24,876 bases of DNA from Vulcanimicrobiota bacterium. Its GTDB lineage: Bacteria; Vulcanimicrobiota; Vulcanimicrobiia; Vulcanimicrobiales; Vulcanimicrobiaceae. Made by a program: the position numbers and the translations under genes. The notes below the pieces were generated by a model. That model worked only from the letters and a program-made list of their open reading frames with translations. It searched no databases and had not been told where the DNA came from. This document shows positions 1 through 7,780 of the stretch, piece after piece. Position 1 is the first letter of the stretch; every line of letters starts with the position of its first letter. The DNA is taken from NCBI GenBank assembly GCA_019245995.1, contig JAFAQW010000230.1, forward strand, positions 1 to 24,876. Reading direction: 5' to 3'.

Positions 1-1
1 G

Positions 2-130
2 ACCATCATGCTGGATCATCTCATCAATCGCGACGTGTATCTCTTCGGGCGCACGTCGGAGCGCGCGGCCGTCGAGCCGCGGGCGCTGATCGAAGCCAAC
101 GACGGACGGGCGGAACGTGCCGGTCACTAA
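2..130 (+). CDS. 3' end of an unidentified ORF that begins before the window (…TIMLDHLINRDVYLFGRTSERAAVEPRALIEANDGRAERAGH*)
   Basis: Frame starting at base 2 is open to TAA at 128-130, has mostly G/C third positions, and overlaps the nuoF GTG by 14 nt. No Cys or NuoE motif in the 42 visible residues. Confidence 0.6.
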   Translation, partial: TIMLDHLINRDVYLFGRTSERAAVEPRALIEANDGRAERAGH

Positions 131-1379
131 GGTTTTAACCGCGGGCATCGGCGAAGCGGATCTGCGGTCCATCGGCGTCTATCGTGACCGCGGCGGCTAT
201 CGTCAGTGGGAACGCGCGGTGCGCGAGATGCAACCCGCCGACGTGTTGGCGTTCGCCGACAAGTCGGGCCTACGGGGACGTGGCGGCGCGGGTTTCCCTA
301 CCGGCAAGAAATGGTCGTTTCTACCCGCGAAGACGTTCCCCCGATATCTGGTCTGCAACTGCGACGAGGCGGAGCCGGGCACGTTCAAAGATCACATGCT
401 GCTGGAGCAGGCGCCGCACCTCATTCTTGAAGGAATGCTGATCGGCGCCTACGGGATCGCGTCGCATCACGCGTTTATCTACATCCGGGGCGAGTTCAAG
501 CGCGGCTACGAGATCTTCACGGCGGCGTTGGACGAGGCGCGCGCGGCCGGATACGTCGGCTCGAAGCTCTTTGGAACCGATTATGACTTGGAGGTAACGG
601 TGCATCGCGGCGCCGGCGCATACATCTGCGGCGAAGAAACCGGCATGCTCAATTCGCTGGAAGGCAAGCGCGGAGAGCCGCGTCTGAAGCCACCGTTTCC
701 CGCGGTTGAGGGACTCTACGGCATGCCGACGGTCGTCAACAACGTGGAAACGCTTGCGTACCTCGTTCCGATTTTGGAGCGCGGCCCGGAGTGGTTCGCC
801 GCGGTGGGAAACGAACGCAGCAAGGGCTATAAGATCGTTTCGGTCTCCGGACACGTCCGCAAGCCGGGCAACTACGAGATCCCGTTAGGCACGACGGTTC
901 GCGAGATCATCGAGCTTGCGGGTGGGCTGCGGCCGGGAAGAAGACTGATGGCGGTGCAGCCGGGCGGCGGTTCGTCGGCGTGCATCTTCGAAGAGCATCT
1001 CGACTGGCCGTACGACTACGAGAGTATGACCAAGGCCGGCTCCATGCTCGGATCCGGAGCCTTCGTTGTGTTCGACGACACGACCGACTTCGTCAGTGCT
1101 GCGTACAACCTCGTGCGGTTCTTCGCGCACGAGTCGTGCGGACAGTGCACGCCTTGCCGCGAGGGAGGCAGCTGGCTCGAACGGGTGCTCGAACGCATGG
1201 TGCGTCATCGCGGCGTCCCGGGCGACATGGAGATGCTCGCGCGGGTATCCAGCTCGATCACGGGGCTGAACCTCTGCGCGCTGGGCGACTCCATCGAGCC
1301 GTTTCTCAAATCGGTGCTGCAGCGTTTTCGCGACCGGTTCGCCGCGCGAATCATAACGGTGGAGCAACAACCGGCATGA
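117..1379 (+). CDS. nuoF: NADH-quinone oxidoreductase subunit F (FMN/NADH-binding, cluster N3)
   Basis: Motifs GLRGRGGAGFPTG, CNCDEAEPGTFKD, GAGAYICGEET, PPFP, VNNVETLA, ESCGQCTPCREG…LCALGD. Confidence 0.97.
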   Translation: MPVTKVLTAGIGEADLRSIGVYRDRGGYRQWERAVREMQPADVLAFADKSGLRGRGGAGFPTGKKWSFLPAKTFPRYLVCNCDEAEPGTFKDHMLLEQAPHLILEGMLIGAYGIASHHAFIYIRGEFKRGYEIFTAALDEARAAGYVGSKLFGTDYDLEVTVHRGAGAYICGEETGMLNSLEGKRGEPRLKPPFPAVEGLYGMPTVVNNVETLAYLVPILERGPEWFAAVGNERSKGYKIVSVSGHVRKPGNYEIPLGTTVREIIELAGGLRPGRRLMAVQPGGGSSACIFEEHLDWPYDYESMTKAGSMLGSGAFVVFDDTTDFVSAAYNLVRFFAHESCGQCTPCREGGSWLERVLERMVRHRGVPGDMEMLARVSSSITGLNLCALGDSIEPFLKSVLQRFRDRFAARIITVEQQPA

Positions 1380-3352
1380 GCGCCACGTTGAGCGCGGCCG
1401 GCGAGCAGCTCGTCACCGTAACGATCGACGGCATCGAAGTGAGGGTGCCGAAGGGCACCCTCCTCGTCGAGGCTGCGAAAAGCATCGCGCAAGAGATTCC
1501 GGTCTATTGCTATCATACGAAGTTGGGCCCCGCCGGTCTCTGCCGCATTTGCATGGTCGAGATCGAAGGCATGCCCAAACTGCAAATCGCGTGTAACCTG
1601 TCGGTCACGGACGGGATGATTGTTCGCACGAAGGGTCCGCGGGTGGACGCGGCCCGTGCCACCGTGCTCGAGCTGTTTTTGGTGAATCATCCGCTCGATT
1701 GTCCGATTTGCGACAAGGGCGGCGAATGCGATTTGCAAGATTACGCGTTGGCCTACGGACGCGGCAGCTCGGACGTCGCGGACCCAAAATTGGCCAAGCC
1801 GAAGGCCGCGGACCTTGGCCCTACGATCGTTCTCGACGAAGAGCGCTGCATCGTCTGCCAGCGTTGCGTGCGCTTCGACGACGTCATCGCACGCGAGAGT
1901 CAGTTGGTGGTCAAAGAACGCGGCGCGCGGGACATCATCGCGACCGCAACCGGCCAGCCATACCGCCACAACTTTACCGGGAACGTCACGGAGCTGTGCC
2001 CAGTGGGGGCGCTCACGTCGAAGACCTATCGCTTCAAGTCGCGCCCCTGGGACCTCGACCGCACGCAAACGACATGCGCGCAATGCTCGGTGGGATGCCA
2101 ACAGTACGCCGACATGCGCTACGGTAAGTTGCTGAGAACGATGCTCGTGGAGGACGACCCGATCTCCGACGGTTGGCTTTGCGATCGCGGACGTTATAAC
2201 ATCGGATTCTACGACTCGCCCAGGCGTTTGACGCAGCCGCTGTACCGCAAGAACGGGCGCCTCGTGCAGATCGGGTGGGACGATGCGTTCCTGTTATGGT
2301 CGAAAGCGATTCGCCAAGCGATCGCGACGCATGGCCCGCCAAGCGTAGGCGCGATCGGCGGCGGCCGGCTCACCAACGAAGAAGCGTTCCTGCTGCAGCA
2401 TCTGTTTCGCGCCTTGGGCGTAGCGAATCTCGATTGGCGCGCGGGACGTCAGCGGCAAGCGACGCCGGGGCGCAACGGCGCCACGCTCTCGGCGTTGGAT
2501 CGCTGCCAAGCCATCGTGGTCGCCGGCGAGTCGCCGCAGGAACGCGCGCCGGTCTTTTGGCTGCGCATGCAAAAGGCGCGGCGCGCCAACGACGCGTTGA
2601 TCGTCGAATCGTCGGACCCGCAACGGGCGCGCCGTGAGGTCGGCGATCTGCAACGCGTGGCGCTCGTCTGGGACGGTTGCGACTTGAGCGTGGGCCGCAG
2701 TTTTGCATGGTCTTTTGAAGGCGGTTCGGATCTGGCGTTGTTCGTGACGGGGGAACAGAACAACGCGCGCGGCGCGGAAGCGATGGGAATGCTACCGGGC
2801 AGCGGTCCGGGCTTCGCCCCGCTTGCGCGTGCCCTAGACGGCTACGAGATGTTCGAGGCGGCGCGCCGCGGCGAATTATCGGTGCTATCGATCTTCGGCG
2901 CGAATCCGGCTCGCAACGCGAACGACCCTCGCGAAGCTGCGGCGGCGCTGAGCGCGACGGAATTTCTCGTGGTGAGCGACCTCTTCATGACGGAAACCGC
3001 GGAGCATGCAACGCTCGTGTTGCCGGCCAAGGGCGCCTTCGAGAAGCACGGAACGACCGCGAACTTTGGCGGAGAGCTCCTGCCCCTTACTCCGTCGTTG
3101 CAGGCGCCGGACTTTACCCTCGCCGACGGCGAAATGCTCGACGCGTTGGCCGAACAGCTCGGGGTCGCGGTCCCAACATACGACGAGCTGCACGGGCTCG
3201 TCGTCAACGCCGTCGCCAAGGCCGACCTCGACTTTGCGCTCGGCGACGAGCGCTTCGGTCCCGACCGTACGCCGTCACCGAGAACCGTCAAGATTCTGGA
3301 CGGCGGTGGAACGTGGCGCAACGATCCGACGCTGGAAGGCCTGCGGTCATAA
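1376..3352 (+). CDS. nuoG: NADH-quinone oxidoreductase subunit G (658 aa; clusters N1b, N5, N4, N7)
   Basis: Start placed at ATG 1376 (ATGA overlap with the nuoF stop) rather than at 980. Motifs CYH…CRICMV…C, HPLDCPICDKGGECDLQ, CIVCQRC…CPVGAL, CAQCSVGC…CDRGR. Confidence 0.95.
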   Translation: MSATLSAAGEQLVTVTIDGIEVRVPKGTLLVEAAKSIAQEIPVYCYHTKLGPAGLCRICMVEIEGMPKLQIACNLSVTDGMIVRTKGPRVDAARATVLELFLVNHPLDCPICDKGGECDLQDYALAYGRGSSDVADPKLAKPKAADLGPTIVLDEERCIVCQRCVRFDDVIARESQLVVKERGARDIIATATGQPYRHNFTGNVTELCPVGALTSKTYRFKSRPWDLDRTQTTCAQCSVGCQQYADMRYGKLLRTMLVEDDPISDGWLCDRGRYNIGFYDSPRRLTQPLYRKNGRLVQIGWDDAFLLWSKAIRQAIATHGPPSVGAIGGGRLTNEEAFLLQHLFRALGVANLDWRAGRQRQATPGRNGATLSALDRCQAIVVAGESPQERAPVFWLRMQKARRANDALIVESSDPQRARREVGDLQRVALVWDGCDLSVGRSFAWSFEGGSDLALFVTGEQNNARGAEAMGMLPGSGPGFAPLARALDGYEMFEAARRGELSVLSIFGANPARNANDPREAAAALSATEFLVVSDLFMTETAEHATLVLPAKGAFEKHGTTANFGGELLPLTPSLQAPDFTLADGEMLDALAEQLGVAVPTYDELHGLVVNAVAKADLDFALGDERFGPDRTPSPRTVKILDGGGTWRNDPTLEGLRS

Positions 3353-3354
3353 CG

Positions 3355-4335
3355 ATGCCGTGGTGGGCCATAGTTGTGATCAAGTCGGCGATTCTGCTCT
3401 TCGTCGTCGTGACGACGTTTGCGTACGCAATGCTGGTCGAGCGCAAGGTCCTCGGGTGGATGCAACTGCGGCCCGGGCCCAATCGCGTCGGGCCGTGGGG
3501 CCTGCTGCAGCCGGCCGCCGACGCTGCGAAGCTGCTGCTCAAGGAAGATCTCACGCCGGAAACGGCCGATCCTCTGCTCTACAAGTTAGCACCCTTCATC
3601 TCGCTGGTCACAGCGTTTTCGGTCTATGCCGTGATTCCGTTCGGCGCCTCGGCCTCGGGAACGACGTGGGTCATCGGGAACGTGAACGCCGGGATCCTCG
3701 TGATCTTGGCAATCACCTCCCTGGGAGTGTACGGCATCTGCCTCGGCGGCTGGGCCTCGGGATCGAAGTATCCGTTGCTGGGAAGCGTCCGCTCCACCGC
3801 GCAAATGATCAGCTACGAGCTTGCGATGTCGCTGTCGCTCATCGGAGTGCTGATCCTCGCCGGCACGACGTCGCTCGACGGCATCGTGAACGCACAGGCC
3901 CGCTGGTGGTTCGTACTGCCGCAGTTCGTGGGGTGCGCCATCTACGTGATCACCGCGGTGGCCGAGACCAACCGTGCGCCGTTCGACCTCGTCGAGGCCG
4001 AGACGGAGCTCGTTGCGGGGTTTCATACGGAATATTCAGGATTGCGCTTCGGCCTGTTCTTCATCGCCGAATACGTGAACATGCTCACGGTCTCGTGCAT
4101 CGCCACGCTGCTGTTTTTCGGCGGCTGGAACGCGCCGTTTGGCCTCACGGCGGTGCCCGGCATCGTCTGGTTCGTTCTCAAGGTCGCGGCGTTCATGTTC
4201 TTCTATATGTGGCTGCGCGCGACGCTGCCGCGCATCCGCTACGATCGGCTCATGGCGTTTGGCTGGAAATTCTTGCTGCCCGTTGCGACGCTGAACCTCG
4301 TCGTAACCGCAATCGTCGTCGCGTATCGAGGATAA
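3355..4335 (+). CDS. nuoH: NADH-quinone oxidoreductase subunit H
   Basis: ERK…GPNRVGP, AETNRAPFDLVEAETELVAGFHTEYSG, RATLPRIRYD; hydrophobic helices. ATG 3355, just after the nuoG stop, preferred over GTG 3313. Confidence 0.96.
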   Translation: MPWWAIVVIKSAILLFVVVTTFAYAMLVERKVLGWMQLRPGPNRVGPWGLLQPAADAAKLLLKEDLTPETADPLLYKLAPFISLVTAFSVYAVIPFGASASGTTWVIGNVNAGILVILAITSLGVYGICLGGWASGSKYPLLGSVRSTAQMISYELAMSLSLIGVLILAGTTSLDGIVNAQARWWFVLPQFVGCAIYVITAVAETNRAPFDLVEAETELVAGFHTEYSGLRFGLFFIAEYVNMLTVSCIATLLFFGGWNAPFGLTAVPGIVWFVLKVAAFMFFYMWLRATLPRIRYDRLMAFGWKFLLPVATLNLVVTAIVVAYRG

Positions 4336-4343
4336 GCGCAATC

Positions 4344-4964
4344 GTGGCATCGCACAAACGCCTGTATAATATCGGGGCAATCCTACGGGGACTGTCCATC
4401 ACCTTCGGCTTCATGTTCAGGCGCAAGCCGACGATTCAATATCCATCGGTAAAGAAGCAGCACGCGCCGCGCTTTCACGGCCTGCACGAGTTGCGGCGTT
4501 ACGGCGACGGGAAGGAACGGTGCATCGGTTGCGAGCTGTGCTCGTCAGTCTGCCCTTCGAACGCCATTACGGTGATCGGGGCGGAAAACGCACCGGACGA
4601 TCGCCGCTCGCCGGGCGAACGGTACGCGGCGCGCTATGAGATCGACGAGCTGCGTTGCATTTTCTGCGGCATGTGTGAAGAAGCGTGTCCAACGGATGCA
4701 ATCGTGCTGACGCCGCGGTTCGAAATGTCGGATTTTCGTCGCGGATCTCTCATTTACGACAAAACTCGCCTGATCGTTCCGCCCGATGCCGGCGCCGGCG
4801 CGCCGCCGGACGAGCGTCCGGGTGGCATCCCCGGCGACTTGGGCCGCGTCGCGCAGATCAAGTCGACGGTGGATCCCGCGCATGGATACGACGCCACCTG
4901 GCGGGGACGGATCCTCAAGAAGCAGCGAGCGGGGCTCGCCGTGTTGCGCGACGATAACGCGTGA
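4344..4964 (+). CDS. nuoI: NADH-quinone oxidoreductase subunit I (2x[4Fe-4S], 206 aa)
   Basis: TIQYP, RFHGLH, CIGCELCSSVCP and CIFCGMCEEACP. GTG 4344 with GAGGA upstream; this is the 3' part of the ORF-track entry 3006..4964. Confidence 0.95.
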   Translation: MASHKRLYNIGAILRGLSITFGFMFRRKPTIQYPSVKKQHAPRFHGLHELRRYGDGKERCIGCELCSSVCPSNAITVIGAENAPDDRRSPGERYAARYEIDELRCIFCGMCEEACPTDAIVLTPRFEMSDFRRGSLIYDKTRLIVPPDAGAGAPPDERPGGIPGDLGRVAQIKSTVDPAHGYDATWRGRILKKQRAGLAVLRDDNA

Positions 4965-5548
4965 TGGTGGCCTTTTGGATGTTGGCGACGATTCTGATCG
5001 TCAGCGCGGTGTGGACCGTCGTCGCAGCGAAGCCCGTCTACAGCGTCGTCGCGCTACTGCTGAACTTCGCAGCGCTCGCGGTTGTGTACCTAACGCTCTC
5101 CGCTGAGTTTTTGGCGGTCATTCAGATCATCGTGTACTCGGGGGCGATTTTAGTGCTCTTCGTGTTCGTCATCGCGCTGTTGAGCAGCGGCGTGGCGCCC
5201 TTCGCGACGGGACCGAATCGGCTGCCGAAAATCTGGATGCCCGCGGCTGCCGTGGTGCTGGCCGCGCTGGGGTTTTTGATATCTGCAATCGCGCACGCAC
5301 CCCCGGCGACGGCACCGGCCTCCGGACCGGTTGGGAGTCAAGGAGTCTTCGGGAGCATTGCAGACTTCGGCAAGGCCCTCTTTACGGTGCAGCTGCTTCC
5401 ATTTGAAGTGACGGCGCTGGTGTTGATGGTCGCTGTGATCGGCGTCATCACGCTGGGAGGCGAGCAAATGCGCGAGGCCGGGCCTCGCGCGCAAGCGGCC
5501 ACGGACCGACGGATGCGCGAGGCGATCCTGCGCGAGGGCAAGGGATAG
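4961..5548 (+). CDS. nuoJ: NADH-quinone oxidoreductase subunit J
   Basis: AEFLAVIQIIVYSGAILVLFVFVI, LLPFEVTALVL. GTGA overlap with the nuoI stop (ATG 4964 is an alternative start). Confidence 0.94.
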   Translation: MMVAFWMLATILIVSAVWTVVAAKPVYSVVALLLNFAALAVVYLTLSAEFLAVIQIIVYSGAILVLFVFVIALLSSGVAPFATGPNRLPKIWMPAAAVVLAALGFLISAIAHAPPATAPASGPVGSQGVFGSIADFGKALFTVQLLPFEVTALVLMVAVIGVITLGGEQMREAGPRAQAATDRRMREAILREGKG

Positions 5549-5853
5549 TGCCGGTCCCCACGGGCCACTACGTGGCGTTGGCCGCGGTCATCTTCTTTAT
5601 CGGCGTGCTTGGCGTCATCGTTCGGCGCAACCCGCTCATCATGCTGATGAGCATCGAGCTGATGCTCAACGCCGGAAACCTCTTGCTCGTCGCGTTCGCG
5701 CGGGCCTGGCTTCAGAACGCCGGACAGATCTTCGCGTTCATCGTGATCACCGTGGCCGCCGCCGAGGCGGCAATCGGCCTCGCCATTATCGTCACGACGT
5801 TCCGCCCGGCGAGATTCGTGGACGTGGACGACGTGCGGTCGCTGCATGGGTAG
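5548..5853 (+). CDS. nuoK: NADH-quinone oxidoreductase subunit K
   Basis: RRN, MSIELMLNA and AAAEAAIGLA carry both conserved glutamates; 101 aa with three TM segments. Confidence 0.96.
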   Translation: MPVPTGHYVALAAVIFFIGVLGVIVRRNPLIMLMSIELMLNAGNLLLVAFARAWLQNAGQIFAFIVITVAAAEAAIGLAIIVTTFRPARFVDVDDVRSLHG

Positions 5854-7780
5854 CGTAGCGTACCCGTTGGTCGTCGCCTTGTGGCTGCTGCCGCTGGCCG
5901 GCGCCGTGCTCTGCTGGGCGTTCGGCCCGCGCTTGCGCAGCGCGTGTGGTTGGCTCGCAGCGGGTCTGGTCGGCGTGTCGTTCCTGCTGGCCGTAGCATC
6001 GTGGGGCAGCGCAACGCAAAACCTCGGCGGAGTGCTCGGGGCGCATCAGCCGCTCGTGAGCTGGATGCCGGGCTTCGATTTCGGGCTGTTGCTCGATCCG
6101 CTTTCATTGATCTGGACGTTTATCATCACCGGCGTCGGCTTCCTGATCGTCTTCTACTCGATTGGTTACATGGACGGCGATCGCGCATTCGCTCGATTCT
6201 TCGCTTATATGAGCTTCTTCATGTTCGCGATGCTGACGCTCGTGTTGTCCGACAACTTCGTCGGGCTGCTCGTCGGCTGGGGTTTGGTCGGACTCGCGTC
6301 CTACTTCCTGATCGGGTTCTGGTTCGAGCGGCGCAGCGCCGTGGCGGCGGCGCGCAAGGCGTTTGTGATCAACGTCGTCGGCGACGTCGGCATGATGTTC
6401 GCGATATTCCTGATCGTGGCAAACGTGCATTCGATCGGTTTCGGCGACGTTTTTGCCGCGGCGCCGGGGCTGAGCGACAAACTCGTCTTCGCAATTTGCC
6501 TCGCGCTCTTCATCGGCGCGGCCGCGAAGTCTGCCCAGGTGCCGCTGCACACGTGGCTACCCGACGCGATGGAAGGCCCCACGCCGGTCTCGGCCCTCAT
6601 CCACGCCGCCACGATGGTCACCGCCGGCGTCTATCTCGTGGCGCGCTGCGCGCCGCTCTGGAATCATAGCGGCAGCGCTCAACTGCTCGTGGCCACGATC
6701 GGCGGCGTAACGGCGCTGGGCGGAGCGATCCTCGGCACCGCGCAATGGGACATCAAACGTATCCTCGCCTATTCGACGATGTCGCAGATCGGCTACATGA
6801 TCATGGGCGTCGGCGTGGGTGCTTACGAGGGAGGCGTCGCGCATTTCTTCACGCACGCGTTCTTCAAAGCACAACTTTTTTTAGGCGCGGGCTTGGTGAT
6901 CCACGCGTTGCACAACGAGCAGGACATTCGAGCCATGGGCGGCCTGTGGCGGCGAATGCCGTTTGCCTTTTGGGTGATGTTGACCGGGGTACTGTCCATC
7001 TGCGGCGTTCCGGGATTCAGTGGGTTCTTTTCAAAGGACGCCGTTATTTACGGCGCGCTACAGCACGGCCACCCCTGGATCTACGCCGTCGACATCGTCA
7101 CTGCGGGGATCACCGCGTACTACATGTTCAGGATGCTGTTCGTGGCCTTCTTGGGCGAATATCGCGGCGAGGCGGCACCGGACCGCGCCGGGCGCGAATC
7201 CGAGCACGGCACGCATGCGCCCGGGTGGGTGATGAACGTGCCGGTCGCGGTGCTCGTCGTGCCGAGCGTCGCGGTCGGCGGGGCGCTGATGTTCGGCGGC
7301 GACAACTCACCGTGGTCGCGATTCTTTGCGCCCCTCTACGGAACGCCGTCGAGTCGCGCGATTGCGGTGCCCCCGATCTCCGAGGGCGTCACGTCCCTCG
7401 TCGTCTTTCTCACGGTCATCGCCGGCTTTGCGATCGCTTGGCAGCGATATGCTTCGCGTGGCGCGCAGGCCGATGCCCCGGCGCGCCTGCGTCGCGAGAC
7501 GGAGCGCATGCCGGCCGTCCTCACCAATCTGTTCTACGTTGATTGGGTGATCGAACGCCTGATCGTGCGGCCGGCCCAGCGGCTCGGAGAGCTCTTCGGC
7601 CGCGTGGTCGATCCCCACGTGCTCGATGGCGCCGTGCGCGATCTGGTCTTCTGGGCGCGCTGGCTCGGCACGCTCGTCCGGTCGTTTCAAACGGGTTTGG
7701 TGCGCGCCTACGCGCTGATCCTCGTGGCGGGTGCGGCCTGCTTCGTCGTCTACTACGCCGTCGCGGCGGGTCTTCGTTAG
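5846..7780 (+). CDS. nuoL: NADH-quinone oxidoreductase subunit L (antiporter-like)
   Basis: KSAQVPLHTWLPDAMEGPTPVSALIHAATMVTAG, DIKRILAYST, HAFFKA, GFFSKD; C-terminal lateral-helix region ending in QTGLVRAY. Confidence 0.96.
   Translation: MGSVAYPLVVALWLLPLAGAVLCWAFGPRLRSACGWLAAGLVGVSFLLAVASWGSATQNLGGVLGAHQPLVSWMPGFDFGLLLDPLSLIWTFIITGVGFLIVFYSIGYMDGDRAFARFFAYMSFFMFAMLTLVLSDNFVGLLVGWGLVGLASYFLIGFWFERRSAVAAARKAFVINVVGDVGMMFAIFLIVANVHSIGFGDVFAAAPGLSDKLVFAICLALFIGAAAKSAQVPLHTWLPDAMEGPTPVSALIHAATMVTAGVYLVARCAPLWNHSGSAQLLVATIGGVTALGGAILGTAQWDIKRILAYSTMSQIGYMIMGVGVGAYEGGVAHFFTHAFFKAQLFLGAGLVIHALHNEQDIRAMGGLWRRMPFAFWVMLTGVLSICGVPGFSGFFSKDAVIYGALQHGHPWIYAVDIVTAGITAYYMFRMLFVAFLGEYRGEAAPDRAGRESEHGTHAPGWVMNVPVAVLVVPSVAVGGALMFGGDNSPWSRFFAPLYGTPSSRAIAVPPISEGVTSLVVFLTVIAGFAIAWQRYASRGAQADAPARLRRETERMPAVLTNLFYVDWVIERLIVRPAQRLGELFGRVVDPHVLDGAVRDLVFWARWLGTLVRSFQTGLVRAYALILVAGAACFVVYYAVAAGLR

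Noticed and set aside
980-1375. 132-codon N-terminal extension of NuoG in the ORF track
   Set aside because: It lies inside nuoF in another frame; the ATGA-coupled ATG at 1376 gives a normal NuoG start.
3006-4343. Apparent 652-aa ORF ending in NuoI, suggesting a fusion
   Set aside because: The first 446 codons are an off-frame reading of nuoG and nuoH, rich in Arg/Ala with no motifs; the real start is GTG 4344.
6876-6910. T7 run forming an in-frame U-UUU-UUA slippery heptamer in nuoL, followed by a weak GC stem, with the -1 frame open to 7542
   Set aside because: The codons encode Leu-Phe-Leu after the conserved HAFFK motif, the -1 product has no protein-like features, open alternative frames are common at this GC content, and frameshifting would destroy a core subunit.
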